Shown in pieces: positions 14,101-25,779 of a stretch of DNA of 64,000 bases. The stretch is from assembly GCA_965112735.1 (NCBI GenBank), contig OZ218958.1, positions 868,001 through 932,000 on the forward strand, written 5' to 3'. The notes below the pieces were generated by a model. That model ran no database searches, had not been told where the DNA came from, and saw only the letters and a program-made list of their open reading frames with translations. Source of the DNA: Phaeosaccion multiseriatum (Eukaryota > Protista > Ochrophyta, other classes). Positions within the stretch are counted from its first letter, which is position 1; the number at the start of each line of letters is the position of its first letter. The position numbers were made by a program, and so were the translations under genes.

Positions 14101-15312
14101 AGTTGAAGCTGCAGTTGCAGCGTCCTCGGGGCGACCCGACGCCGCGGCAGTCAGAGCAGCCGCAGCCGCCGCTTGCGCAGCAGCGACAGCAGTCTTGTTA
14201 GCAATGGCAGCAGCATCGGCAGCAGCATCGGCAGCAGCAGCGTCATCCACATGCCACAACGTCTCGACGTGTGGCGACCGCATTGGCCCTTGCTCCCCCA
14301 GCACGCGCCCTCCCCCACCTTCGCCGCCGTCGTACCCCGTCTTTCGCTTCTCCTCCGCGCTAGTAGCTCGCAGCGGGGGAGGAAGACTCAGCAGGGGTGT
14401 CGAGGGATCGTCGTCGCCAGCCGTTGATACCGCTTCCTCCGTTTCGGGTTCGGGAGCGGGATGGAGAGCGGCCAATGCCGGGACAGGGTCCACTGGGCTC
14501 GGGCCTGTGACGTTGATGGGGTTATGCCCCTCCGTGTTGAACCTGCTGCGACTGCTGCCCCGGCGGTGCCCCTTGGAGGGTCCAGTGGAAGGCAAATCCG
14601 ACTCGGGGCCCAGGTTGCTAGCAGGCGACAACAGGCACACCTGTCCCTCTGGGAGTTTCCCACGCACACTCGAGATCGACGGCGGTCTCTCCTTGTCTCT
14701 GTAGAAGTATGTCGCCTCCTTGGTATGCCGCCGGGCCTTCTCTTCGGTCATGGGTGGTCTCGACCTCTCCCTACTCGGGGAGAGGAACGGGAACTGCACC
14801 GGGGGGTGAAGAGATGCAGAGAAGATCCGAGAGGCGGGGCAGGGAGGGGAAGTTGTGAGGCAGGCGTCGTGAGAGCCGGGGAAGCGATGCTACGGATCAC
14901 TAAGCATCCGCCCGGCCCTGGCTGACTCAGAAAGACCTTTACAACTTACGCTTTCTTGGGGCTGCTGTGAAGGCACGGGTGACTTCTCTTGGACCCCGGT
15001 GGCTGAGATTGACCGCATATGTGTCACCGCCCCCTTCCGGAGCTGTCGTGACTCCGCATCCCGCTCCGACTTGTGCCGCCGCGCTCGCTCTGCCTCCGTC
15101 TCCTCGTCGATCACCATGATAATCTTGGGTTCCATGTGCGCTGGCGATGGAGGCGACTTATCGTCTTCCTCAGGCGACCCGAGTAACTCCTTGTCTTTGT
15201 CCTTCTTGCTGAAATCTTCTTCGGGAGAGAACGTCTGCGCTCTGGCCACGTTCACATCATCCACCTCAACCTCCGGCACCACAACCTCCAGCAGCGCTCT
15301 GTCCTCCGCCAT
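7699..15312 (-). CDS. DMT/EamA-family (SLC35G-like) transporter with long disordered N- and C-termini, about 11 exons
   Basis: Exons encode FEGLFWMLSATLCFFSSYLVVKLLG / VPTLQIGIYRCFVPGVLA / NPFGYPGFNALLVLRAICGFANLVCFIYAAQ / WLPLPDAVTLQF / WSRQEAFGGVACFFGALFMIHPRPFF / AAAVLVGLIASSTSGMSMII / ITFMNFLPAFYACIAEALFLHE / IWSLLGGSFIMVYTG, the typical two-EamA pattern. GT-AG junctions at e.g. 14950/14793 and 13564/13279. Confidence 0.85.
9287..9897. repeat. Long intronic trinucleotide runs: (GAG)n ~9287-9545 and (GGT)n ~9743-9897, flanking a small DMT exon
   Basis: Directly visible; source of the poly-P/L/S/E/R/H/T ORFs. Confidence 0.95.
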
Positions 15313-15922
15313 CGTGATGCTCTGCTTCAGTCGCTGCTACGAAGCTCTGCTCTCAGGGCCTGCCTTGCGCGCCCCAGCTGCCTCCCCTGCCCTTGCTTCG
15401 CGCGCGGCACGAAGGCGGGACTATGTCTGCTCAACTCCTGCTGCTGCCGGCTCAGATATGCTCTTGAGACACGAAAAGTGTCTCTCCCGCCGTTGCTTCG
15501 TGGGGGCCTCCTTCCCGCGGAGTGTCTACTGCGCTCCCCTGTACTGCTTCCGTCGCTGCTGTGAAGGCTCCTACCCCAGTCTGTATGTCTGTCAAGCCCC
15601 TGCTGCTGCCCAAGTCCAGTGTCTTCTCTCTCAAGCGAAAGGAGAGAAAGCCTGTTTCCCTCGAACTAGCTTCGCGCGCGGCTACGAAGCGGGGCCTGCT
15701 GCCCACGGGTTGTCTTCTGCGCCCACTCTGTACTACGTTCCTCGCTGCTTTGAGAGCTCTTCTCTTGGTCTGTCTATGAGTGCTCTACTCTCTATGTATC
15801 TACTACCACCCTCCAATCTCTTCTCTGAGCCACCAAAATTGCCTTGCTCAAAAAAAATCGATAGCCTCTACGTTATGTAGAGCTCCCTCTGTGGCGAGAG
15901 CTTTGGCAAAGCTTGCAAAAGC

Positions 15923-17415
15923 ATGAAACAAGAGGGAGAGAGTAGAACGAGAGGAGAGAAGAGCAAAGGGTGCAAGAGAAGCAAGGAGGTGCGCGAGGAA
16001 TGGTGTCCGGAAAGCGATTTGTACCCAGCTCAGGCGAGCGGGAACGAGGATACCTCCGACGCGACTCGAGTGTTGCACATCGTCCGGAAGACTGTGGGTC
16101 CCGTTCAGGCTCTCTGGGGGCTGTCTACATCCATTGACAGGTGCTTGAATCGTGCCATCCCATGCGTGGATGCTCAGTTTTCATGCGCTGCCTTTCCCTC
16201 CGTGTGCACGATACTTATTCCGCATCCTTTGCTCTGCCTCCTCTCCTTGCAAAGGCTCACACCCAGAAGGGCGGTCCTTCATCGGTTCGTGCCCTCCAAC
16301 GTCAGACATAGCCTCATGCGCATGCTAGGCATCACCACAACAATGACGGAGTGGGGTTGGAGCGAAGGCCGTGCAGGAGATGACGAGGTGGACTGGCGGC
16401 AGTGGGAAGACGGGCAGATTCCACTCAGCCCGGAGAACGAGGACAAGGAGGAGGAGGACGGAGAGGAGGAGGCAGAGGAAGGGGACGAAGCCGAGAGGGC
16501 CAAGCAGAATGGACAGTACGACGAAGAGCAGGTGCCCTTCCCCATTCCAGCCGTGCGCATCGGAGCCACCGACGAAGAGGTTCAAGAGCACTCCTGCTCG
16601 CTCTCTGAAGTGGAGCCTGGTAGAGAGGAAGAACCTCTCTCGGCCACTGCGGCCTCTCTGGACCTCCTCGCCACGCTGCCTCGCACGGTTACGAGTGTCA
16701 CACTCGTCGGAGCGGCCTGCAGCAGCAGATGGGCGCCCCTTATCACCCCACGGTGGCTGAAGAAGCTCACTCTGGGCTCGTCGTTCGATCAGCCACACCA
16801 TCCTCTGATGCTGCCCGACTCGCTCGAGGAGCTGGTGTTCGCCGAAGACTGTGTGTTCGACGGCCCCCTGGCGCTGCCTTCCTCGCTCAAGAAGGTCACA
16901 TTTGGCTCTCGATTCAATCAGGCTGAGCTGGAGCTGCCAATTGGGTTGGAAGAGCTAGAGTTTGGCTGGTCCTACAACCACAGTATTGACTGCCTCCCCT
17001 CGACATTGCGCAGGCTTGTGCTGGGCCACGACTTTGATCGAGACGTGAGCCTGCCGCCCTCGCTGGAGGTGGTTGAATTCGGCTATTGCTTCAATAGCAA
17101 CATCACCTTTATCGCCTCACAGCAGCAGCAAACAGACGGTGGCGCTCATGATGGCATTGAGATCAAGAGGGAGGAGGAGCAGGAGCATGGTGCGAGGAAG
17201 AGTAGCTGCAGCAGCAGCAGCAGCTACGGCAGTCCTGACACGAGCAGTAGGTTGCAGAGCATGACGTTCGGAGACGTGTTCTCCCGTGCCCTGCCAACCA
17301 TCCCTGCGTCTGTGAAGCGCCTTGATTTCGGTGCTAGCTTCGACATGCTTCATCTTACTCCATTGCCAACGGCTCTGAGAGAGCTGCGACTGCGCTGCCC
17401 CCGCCTCGGCGCAAT

Positions 17416-17452
<37 letters not shown>

Positions 17453-18019
17453 GAGCAAGAGCAGAGTCCGGAAGAGTACGAGCATCAGCAGGAACACGAG
17501 CAAGGGCAGCACGACGAGCACGACGGCGACTACGCCCCTGCTGCCTCTTGCACTGCTGCCAATGGAGGAAGGAACACCACCCTCCCCACGCCCACCAACA
17601 CCCTCACATATCTGAGCCTCCCACCGCAGCTGACAACGCTCCACCTTCGCACCACAAGCAGCACCCGCCTGGGCCCCCTCGACCTCCCCTCTACGCTGAA
17701 GGAGCTATGGCTCGTGGGTGGGCCCTACACACACCCCCTTGTGCTTCCTTCCTCTCTAGAGAAGCTCCGTCTCTGTGAGTACTCCCTTCCCCTACGCTTG
17801 CCCGCCTCGCTCCGTGAGTTATGGTGGCTAAGTGGGACAGGCTGTCACTCGCCACCGCCTCGCGTGAAGCTTCCCCGAGGCATCGAGTTGGTTGTGTGCA
17901 TGTTGCCCACTGTGAGGCTCTTGACTTTGCCCCTCGGGGTCAAGGAGTGGCAGCGAAGCAGGGGTAGGGGCAGCTTAGTCCATGTTACTTTCCAGCGCCC
18001 CCCGCGGGGTCGGGCTTGA
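15923..18019 (+). CDS. FNIP (LRR-like) repeat protein, divergent paralogue with one probable intron (16141-16254)
   Basis: Repeats such as LPDSLEELVFAEDCVFDGPLALPSSLKKVTFGSRFNQAELELPIGLEELEFGWSYNHSI. Removing GACAG|GTGCTT...TTGCAAAG|G gives VLHIV...LWGLSTSIDRLTPRRAVLHRFVP, which aligns with VLDTV...LWGVSRALDEVTSRTLVLNSAVP in the FNIP genes at 53.6 and 59 kb. Confidence 0.85.
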
Positions 18020-19082
18020 GAGTCTACCGCAGCAGAAGCAGAAGCGGCAGAAGCAGTAAAAGCAGCAGGAGCAGGAGTGGCAGTTGTTGGTGATACAGCA
18101 GCAGCAGTTGGTGATACAGCCACAGCACCAGTCAGGGGATTACCCGTTCCTGCTGCTGGAGCCCACCAAGTTTTGACCTTGCAGTGAACTCTTCTCGTTC
18201 ACTGCCGCATTGCTTGGTCATCACCTTTCTTGTCCACGCCAGCCAACAACACACACAGATGACGGAATATGTCTCTGCTGAGTTTGTGATGTAGTACGTA
18301 TGTATTTCAATTCACTGTGAGCCCTCTCTACAGTATTCCAACCTCGAAGACCTCGTTGCCGCCAGATGTAGCCAAACCTATACACGACGCCTCGGCTGCT
18401 CGCTTCGTCGGCCCTTGTGGCTCCTCACTACCAAATAACAGGACATGTCTGCGCAGAAGGGGCAGAGAAACTGACTACATCCATCTCCCTTGCTGCTAAG
18501 CCAGACAGGGCAACACGCCATCATCACGGCAAGATCGGGCATGGCATGCCCTGATTTGATGCCCTTCAAGATGGGCATGGAATCACCTGAATAGACGTCC
18601 TTCCATTGCTCTGGCCACGCCGTGCCTAGGCGAAGCAAGTCTCCGAGAAAGCGGCCCTCGTTTGTCGTCGATTCGTCATTCGCAGGTTGGATGACTTTGC
18701 CCTCGCTGCGAGTATTCTGTGGCGAAGGTGGAAAGGGCTCCTTCCTTTCCCCCTCCAAAACGCTACACACTGCCTGCATAATACTACGAAGTTATGACGT
18801 ATTGAGCCCTTTCCACCGCCACCGCAATTCGCTCCATTGATAGGCTCGCTGAGCGCTGATGTCGTGCGATTCATCGTGTGTCGACGTGGGGAAGACTGCA
18901 TTGCACGGTCAACGGCCCTCAGCCGATCAATCCCATCAATGTAACGAGTAACCGTGGGGCCCCCAACACAGTGACGCAAGCTGGAGAGTGAGGGGCCAGC
19001 ATCTACCCCGTTTACAGTCGGCTTTACTGTCGCTACTGCTGCTGCTTGCTGCTACTGCTGCTGCTGCTGCTTGTTGCTACTG

Positions 19083-19114
<32 letters not shown>

Positions 19115-19985
19115 GTGCTGCTGGTGTTGCGGTGTTGGTGCTGGTGCTGCTGCTGGTGTTGCTGCTGGCCTTGTCCTATGCAATGCTCCTTCTCATGCTC
19201 CACCGCCCCACCACCCACGCAAAACTCACACGCCTTCCCTTCCCTTCCCTTCCCTTCCCTGCGCAGTGCCCTCTACAGGGCGGGGAGATGCAAGCTCCCG
19301 AGGCGGCCGGCCTTGACCTATGCACGGCACTGCGGGCCCCTGTGGCCCTCCTTCGAAGCTCCCACCCCCTGTGGCCCTCCTCCTGTCTCTGTCCTGTGGT
19401 GGGAGGGCGGTGCTCCGCTCCAGACGAAGGGGCGGAGAGGTGGGCGGGGCGGAACAAGGCCCGAGTCTTGCGCCTTGTGGTGTGGTGGTGCATTGCCGTA
19501 AACTGTAAATAACCGAAGGATGAGCAATTGATGTGGTGAGCAAAAGCCCGCGCTATTGTATGCGGTGACTGCTCCGGACGGGGCCACTGCCAACTAACGC
19601 CGAGCGAGCGTGTGTGCTTCCGCCTCGCCGCTCCGGCTCCCGTCGCTCTGTTTCTCCTCCCTCCAGCCTACACCAGACTCTCCCCACAGTGCGTCTCTCG
19701 GAGGGCGGTGGAGCGAAGCACCCAAAGCCTCTCTACCCAAGACCTCTCGCTCTCTTATCCGTCCTGTGCTGCGTGTACTCCACAGCGAGACGCTCGATAC
19801 TCCTCTTCTTCCTCCTCCTCCTCCTGCTCCTGCTCCTCCTCCGCCTCCTCCTCCTCCGCCTCCTCCGCCTCCTCCTCCTCCTCCTCCTCCTCCCCTCTCC
19901 CCCTCATCTCCTCCTCCTCCTCCTCCTCCTCCTCCTCCTCCTCGTCCTTCTCCTCCTCCGCCTCATTCTCATACCCGGGCTCCAC

Positions 19986-22890
19986 TCAGCTTGTACCGGT
20001 GGATGTCGGCGGCTTCTCTCCACGCTTGAGCTCTTGCACGGAGTCCGTCCAGTGGCCGTTGAGCTTCACGTCCACGGTGATCTGCCATCGTCGGACAAGA
20101 CACGTTTTTCAACAGAGAGTGTTACAGAGACAGTTTCGAGAGAGAAGGCGTCAGTGTTTTAGTCAGCCGCCAGCAGCAAGAACGGGTGAAGTGGGGAGGG
20201 GAGGCGAGACGGTCAACAAAGGAAGGCCTGGGGAAGAAGTACAGTCTATTTGTGTGTGCGCGCGCCGCGTGTGTGTGTATGTGTGCATGCGTGTGTGTGT
20301 GTGCGTGCGTGCGTGTGAGAGAGCGTGTGCGTTACAAAACACTACACACACAGGCAGGCATGACCCAAACGTGCACAAAAGTGAGTTCTTTCTCTCTATA
20401 CTATACCTTAGTGCAGTGCCCCGACAGCTGCACCGTCATCTCCTCCTCGTACTCCAGAGAGCTCAGCCCGTTGGATGTCCACGTGGCGTCGTGTTCCTGT
20501 GGAACGGGCATTGCACATGTCAACAAAGGCGAGAGAGATGAGAGCGAGAGAGAGAGAGAGAGAGAGACAGAGAGAGAGACAAAGGAAATAGTGAATAGAG
20601 AAAAGGGCGAGAAAGAGAGGGGCTTGGCGTGTGCCTTGCGTGTCTCTGACTTACAGCTAGGACCTCCCACTTGACGTTACACTTCCAGTCCCTGTTTGCT
20701 CTCAGGAGTCCTGTCTTGGCCTCGATGTCCATGCCCTCGAGATCTTCAATGGTACCACTGTAGAGGGAGGGAGGGAGGGAGGAAGGAAGGAAGGGAGGGG
20801 GAGGGGGAGGGAGGGAGGGAGAGAGAGAGGGGGAGAGAGAGGCGGGGGGGAAGTGGAGATTGAGCGTGCGTGTGTGTATGTGTGTATGCGAGTGTGTGTG
20901 GAGGGGAGGGGCGTAATGGAGGAAGGATAAGGGTGTACGCCCATCTCCTTTTCCTCTCTCTCTCCCTCCGCTCTCTCTCCCTCCCTCCTGCCCCCCATTC
21001 GTTCTCTTCCTTCTCCTTCTCACCTGCCCTCGGGCGGTGCATCCATTGCCATCCCCAGGCTCTCACACCTCTTGAACATCTCATCATCCTCGCCTCCCCA
21101 GCCCCAGAACGTGTTCGGATAGCCGTTGATGGCGTCATAGTCCTGCCCGTGGTGAGTGTGTGGGGGAGAGGGGAGAGAAATGGAGGCGAATGTGGGTGGA
21201 GAAGGTCACGTTTGAAGAGCGTCGAGATGCCAGGCCATCTATGGATTCATCCATTCACACATTACTTGAAAACACATCCTACTACGTAGGTGATGTGTGC
21301 ATACTTCGATTGATATGCCCGATGCGTACCTCTCCCCTGAAGACGACGATGCCCCCCATGTAGGACGGGTTGTTGCTGTAACGCCGCCACAAACGCGCCA
21401 CATGAACGGGCCGCATAGGCTTCGGTTTCTGCTTGACATCGATCGACACCGACGACGAGATGTCAAGCACGTGTACGTTTCATTCCAGATGACGAAAATC
21501 GGGCACATCAGGCATACAGAGAAGAGAGTCGAGCACGCAGTGACGTGGATGGAGTACAATAGAAAAGGCATATGGTCACAAAGACGGGCACAGAGTACAC
21601 TAGAAAGGGCATATGGGCACAAAGACGGGCACCGCACAAGGTAGCGAGTGGTAGGAGGGCGGCCACTGATGGCGTAATCGAGGGAAGCAGAGCAGTTGGA
21701 TGGACGGTTACGTACAGTGGAGTAGAAGGGGTACAAAGACGGGGAGGGCAGGAGGTCCACGTCATGGAAGATGAAGATGGAGCACCCTTCAGCTGAGGCC
21801 ATTTGATACCTGAGACGGGGATGAGGGAGAAGGAGAGAGAGCGTGGGAGAACGAGAGAGCCATCGAGCGCAAGAGAGCTCGTGAGAGAGAGAGGGAGAGC
21901 GAGAGAGCCCACTCGGGAGAGAGAGACAGGGGGCGCGAGCGAGAGAGGTGGTGAAGTAGCGAGAAAGCTAGCGTGCAACATTGGTGCCAGCGAGGTGTAA
22001 AAGAAGCTTACCCGATGTTCAGCAGTTTGCCTCTGTTGAACTTCCTGCCGTCCATACTCTGCTCGATAATGTACAAGTGATAGTCCGTGGAGCCTTGCTT
22101 GAACAGGTTCTCCATGTGCGGGATGAACCTGTTCACAGGCACATGACATGAGGAAAATGAATGCCACATGGGTCAAGGCAAGGGGAAGGTTGGGGGTTAG
22201 TTGTAAGGAGAAGAAGAAGAAAGCACGTAATACAGTCTCGCCTTTCAGCGCACGCTTGATTGGAAGATTATTTGCTCGCTTGACCTTAGTAGAGGGGGTA
22301 CGTTGTAACATGCCATTATAGAATACAGGATGATGCACAGCCCACACTTGCCTGTCTAGTTGGGCCTTTCTCTGCTGCTTTGAGTGCTCGTCTCGGAAGG
22401 GCACGATCACTGCCACCTTCTCCGGAGGCTTCCAGAGAGTCTCGCCCTGGCACAGGAAGGGATACGGAATGGAATGGAGTGGTGGGTGACAGCGCCGAGG
22501 CCGGAGAAGTGATAGTCCGTGGAGCACAGCGCAAGAGAGTGAGGCTTTGTTCGAGGCTCACGACCCCCAAAAAGGACCAAGAATAGAGATGGGCAAAAAA
22601 GCCGCACGGAAAGAGCCATCTTCACGCTCGGGTCCTAAGGGAACCGTGCAGTCAGTGCCACAAGCAAAGAGTCTGCTAACGTCGCGACTTTCCTACCACT
22701 CTCTTTCTTCCCTGGCACCGAATCTCGCCCTCTTCTCACCCAACCATATCTCACAACTGCCTCTCTCTCTTCCACTCACGGTGACGGTATTAAAGAAGTA
22801 AGGCACGTTGTATCTTCTCGACACCACAATGATCCAGCCGTCGGGCAAGGCGCCTGCGTCTGGCGCCGGCTCGGACTCCCCGCCGTCCAT
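19986..22890 (-). CDS. WW domain fused to a GT7 beta-1,4-galactosyltransferase-family catalytic domain, about 9 exons
   Basis: Exons 1-2: LPDGWIIVVSRRYNVPYFFNTVT|GETLWKPP (WW). Then KVAVIVPFRD, YIIEQSMDGRKFNRGKLLNIG, FIFHDVDLLP (DxD), YMGGIV, AINGYPNTFWGWGGEDDEM (GT7 WGWGGEDD signature). TGA at 19986-19988. Confidence 0.9.
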
Positions 22891-23203
22891 CTTTCCACCC
22901 CAGGTGCTGCTACTGCGGCTTCTGCTTCAGTCCTTGCTCTTTACGGGCGCTTCGTTTTCTTGCAGCCTCGTGCTTTGTTGGGAGAAGGAAAGCCCCGTAA
23001 ACACCGTGATGAGAGAGAGGGATTTCGTCCGGATGGCGCACTGCACGTCCTGGACTCCCCTTTAACATCCACACTGATGATCCTATCGCCGGCGCCCACG
23101 CACTCACACAAATCGCCACACACACACAAATCAGTCGGCTCTCTTTGGAACAAGACGTCTCTGCCCTCTACATTTGCCTGCTCTCTACTCCCGTCGTCTT
23201 GCT

Positions 23204-23297
23204 GGCGAGGCGGGGAGGATGTTCAAAAGAGACGTGAGAGGCTGAGGATGGCAATGGATGCGCCGCCCGAGGGCAGGTGAGAAAGAGAAAGAAGAGA
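23204..23297 (+). pseudogene. Inverted, diverged copy of the end of a GT7 exon plus its splice donor
   Basis: GATGGCAATGGATGCGCCGCCCGAGGGCAGGTGAGAAAGAGAAAGAAGAGA closely matches the reverse complement of ~21003-21095 (GATGGCAATGGATGCACCGCCCGAGGGCAGGTGAGAAGGAGAAGGAAGAGA; ...MAMDAPPEG|intron). Confidence 0.85.
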
Positions 23298-23572
23298 GAG
23301 ATGATCCCCTGGGGCCGGGGTAAGTACAATGCCATCAGCTGTCATCAAAGGGTAATATGTCCCCCATACCTCCTCATCCTCCTCCTCCTCTCCGTCGATA
23401 TATACACTTGTCGGGCCGGAGCACAAACCGACAGGGGCTCCGCCAAACACCACCACCACCATCACCAACCCCATCTCCATCACCACCATATCACTACCCA
23501 CCATCACTCACCAACCACCACTACCACCTGCACCCCTCACTCCTTCTACTAACTACAAACTACATGCGTTCT

Positions 23573-24067
23573 TCAGACCTGCTCGAGGATCAAGTCCAGA
23601 AGCCTGACGCCCCTCTTGCAGCCCTGATTGTCCGTGTGCAGCAAGCGCACAGTCAAATCATCGGTACAGCCCTCTTCAGAAGCATCTTCAGTAGTCTCTT
23701 CAGTACCCGCAACCGCGCCCCCGCCTGCTGTTACACTGCCACTGCATCCTTTGTCTTCGTCGAGAGAGAGGTCCAGTACGAAGGGAAGCTCGTAGATGTG
23801 CCCCTTCAGAGTCTCGGGGGTGGGCGGGGGAGGACCGTATCTCTCTGCAACCCTCGCACTCCAGGCGCTGTATCCTCCTTGAGGTCTAGCAGCAGTAGCA
23901 GCATTGCCAGCATTCACAGGACCAGCAGCAGTCGCATTGGCTTCACAAGCAGTGGCACCAGCCCCACCCGCCGTGGCAGAGGTGCTGGATGCTGCTGTCG
24001 AGTTTGCGGAGGCACCAGCAGCACTAGTACCACCAGCACCACCAGCAGTAGCAGCAGCAGCGGCAGT

Positions 24068-24105
<38 letters not shown>

Positions 24106-25451
24106 CATTGGCCTGAGCCTCCGCTCTCTTTGCGGCTTCGGCGGCTTGCTGCTCATGGATCGCCACGCACTGTTCATCGGAGACAATGGGTCCGTGGTAA
24201 AGCGTCCCGCCCCTCCTGCTAACGGTACATGCGGCGGAGCGAAAGAAGAGGCTCCAGGCCTGGTTCCCTGCCCTGGGCACACCAATGGGTGTCCGGCACC
24301 GCAGCAGAACGCGAAACAGTCGCTTGCCCGCACCGCTGCTGCTGTTGCTACTGCTGTTGCCGCCGATTTCTCCTTCGTCGCTGCTGCTCATGGGAGTGAG
24401 CGGAGGGGGCAAGTCTGCGCCTCGAATGGTGAGGGTGACGTCCAGCCACCACACACTGCTGATGAACAGGACGGTATCGAAGCACACTGAAGGGGCGGGG
24501 CGGGGAGGGAGAGGGGTTAATAAATAAGCGGGATTAAAATAATAACGAAGGCAAAAGTGTAAAAAGAAGAAGGAGGGGGTTGGGGTGAAAGAACGGCAGT
24601 AAGGCTCGAAGGCAGTGGCCATGCACAATCCACGACACATCCAAAGACCAACTCGAGGCGTGAGACAGACGGGGTTGCTACTTCTTGCGCTCATCTGTGC
24701 GCCTCCACTCTGACGAGCTATTCGAGGACGCGAATAGGCATATGCAGGTATGAATACCGTTCTCCCCGTCTGACCGCTCTCCCCTTAACGAACAGGCTGA
24801 CCTTGTGTACGCACATCCACTCTTACCTTCATCGGTGGGATCGGTGTGGAGGACTGGCATGTGGTGGGACCCCACCCAAGACCCGGTTGTAATCGCAGCT
24901 GGACAGTAGTGGAAACACCACTTGTTCTTCTTGCTTAGGCTGAGGCCTATCCCGCTCGCCGCAGCAGGAGGTGGAGGAGTCTCCGCTGCTTCGCCTGCGG
25001 GAGGCGGGGTCGGATGAGGAAGTGGGCCCTTGAGGAGGGGTCGTCCTCCGCTGATGCGGTGGAGCAGGTGCGGCAGCCACGGGGCAGGGGGGCTGGCTTC
25101 CCCTTCTTCTGCGCCCTCTTCGTCTTCGACCTCTTCCTCTTCCCCTTCCTCAATCCTCCTGGCCGCCTCGAAGCTCTTCAGGACGGCGATGAGTTTCGTG
25201 CCGTAGAGTCTGCGATGAAGTAGGCATGTCAGGGGACAGGAGGAAGGGGAGAGGGGAGAGGAGAGGTGGAGGAAGGGCTAAGATCCACGCACATACCTGC
25301 TCCATAGCTCTTCGGAGAGCGCCTCTCTGGCTAGGCTCTCGCTGGTGCCCCCGAGGAGCGTAAGGTCCGCAGGACCTAAAAAAGAAGCCCCGATCGAGAA
25401 GGGAGATTCGTCCTGGTTGAGGTCGTCCCACTTGCGAGCAGGAGCTGCCAT
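23573..25451 (-). CDS. Three-exon protein with an N-terminal F-box-like motif and an unknown C-terminal region
   Basis: MAAPARKWDDL...FSIGASFLGPADLTLLGGTSESLAREALSEELWSR|LYG fits the F-box pattern (SFLxxxDLxxLxxTSxxL...SxxLWxxLY). Exons ~25451-25298, ~25208-24828 and ~24487-23573 join in frame. Confidence 0.65.
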
Positions 25452-25779
25452 CCTCTTGTTGCTCTCAACCCTTGTGTGCAGTCGCTCATCAGAGAGGGGA
25501 TGGATGTACAAAAGTACACTTTTTTTTTTTTTAAATCTGATCTCACGAAGAGATCGAGAAGAGAAGAGAAGAGTGCGGACCAGAGACTTGTTTTCTGCTG
25601 TAGAGAGTGCTCCTGGATGCTCAGCGGCACTCCACCTTTTCGAGCAGAGAGACCAGAGGGAAGGGGAGGAGGAGGAGGAGGAGGAGGAGGAGGAGGAGGA
25701 GGAGGAGGAGGAGGAGGAGGAGGAGGAGGAGGAGGAGGAGGAGGAGGAGGAAGAGGAGGAGGAGGAGGAGGAGGGAAAG

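Noticed and set aside
14999-15880. 293-aa plus-strand ORF
   Set aside because: Non-ATG start, antisense to the first DMT exon and its upstream region, and no domain signal.
18130-19600. Possible gene between the FNIP and GT7 genes (ORFs 18378-18779, 18988-19512)
   Set aside because: No recognisable domain and no consistent exon chain; partly (CTG)n repeat. A degenerate gene cannot be excluded.
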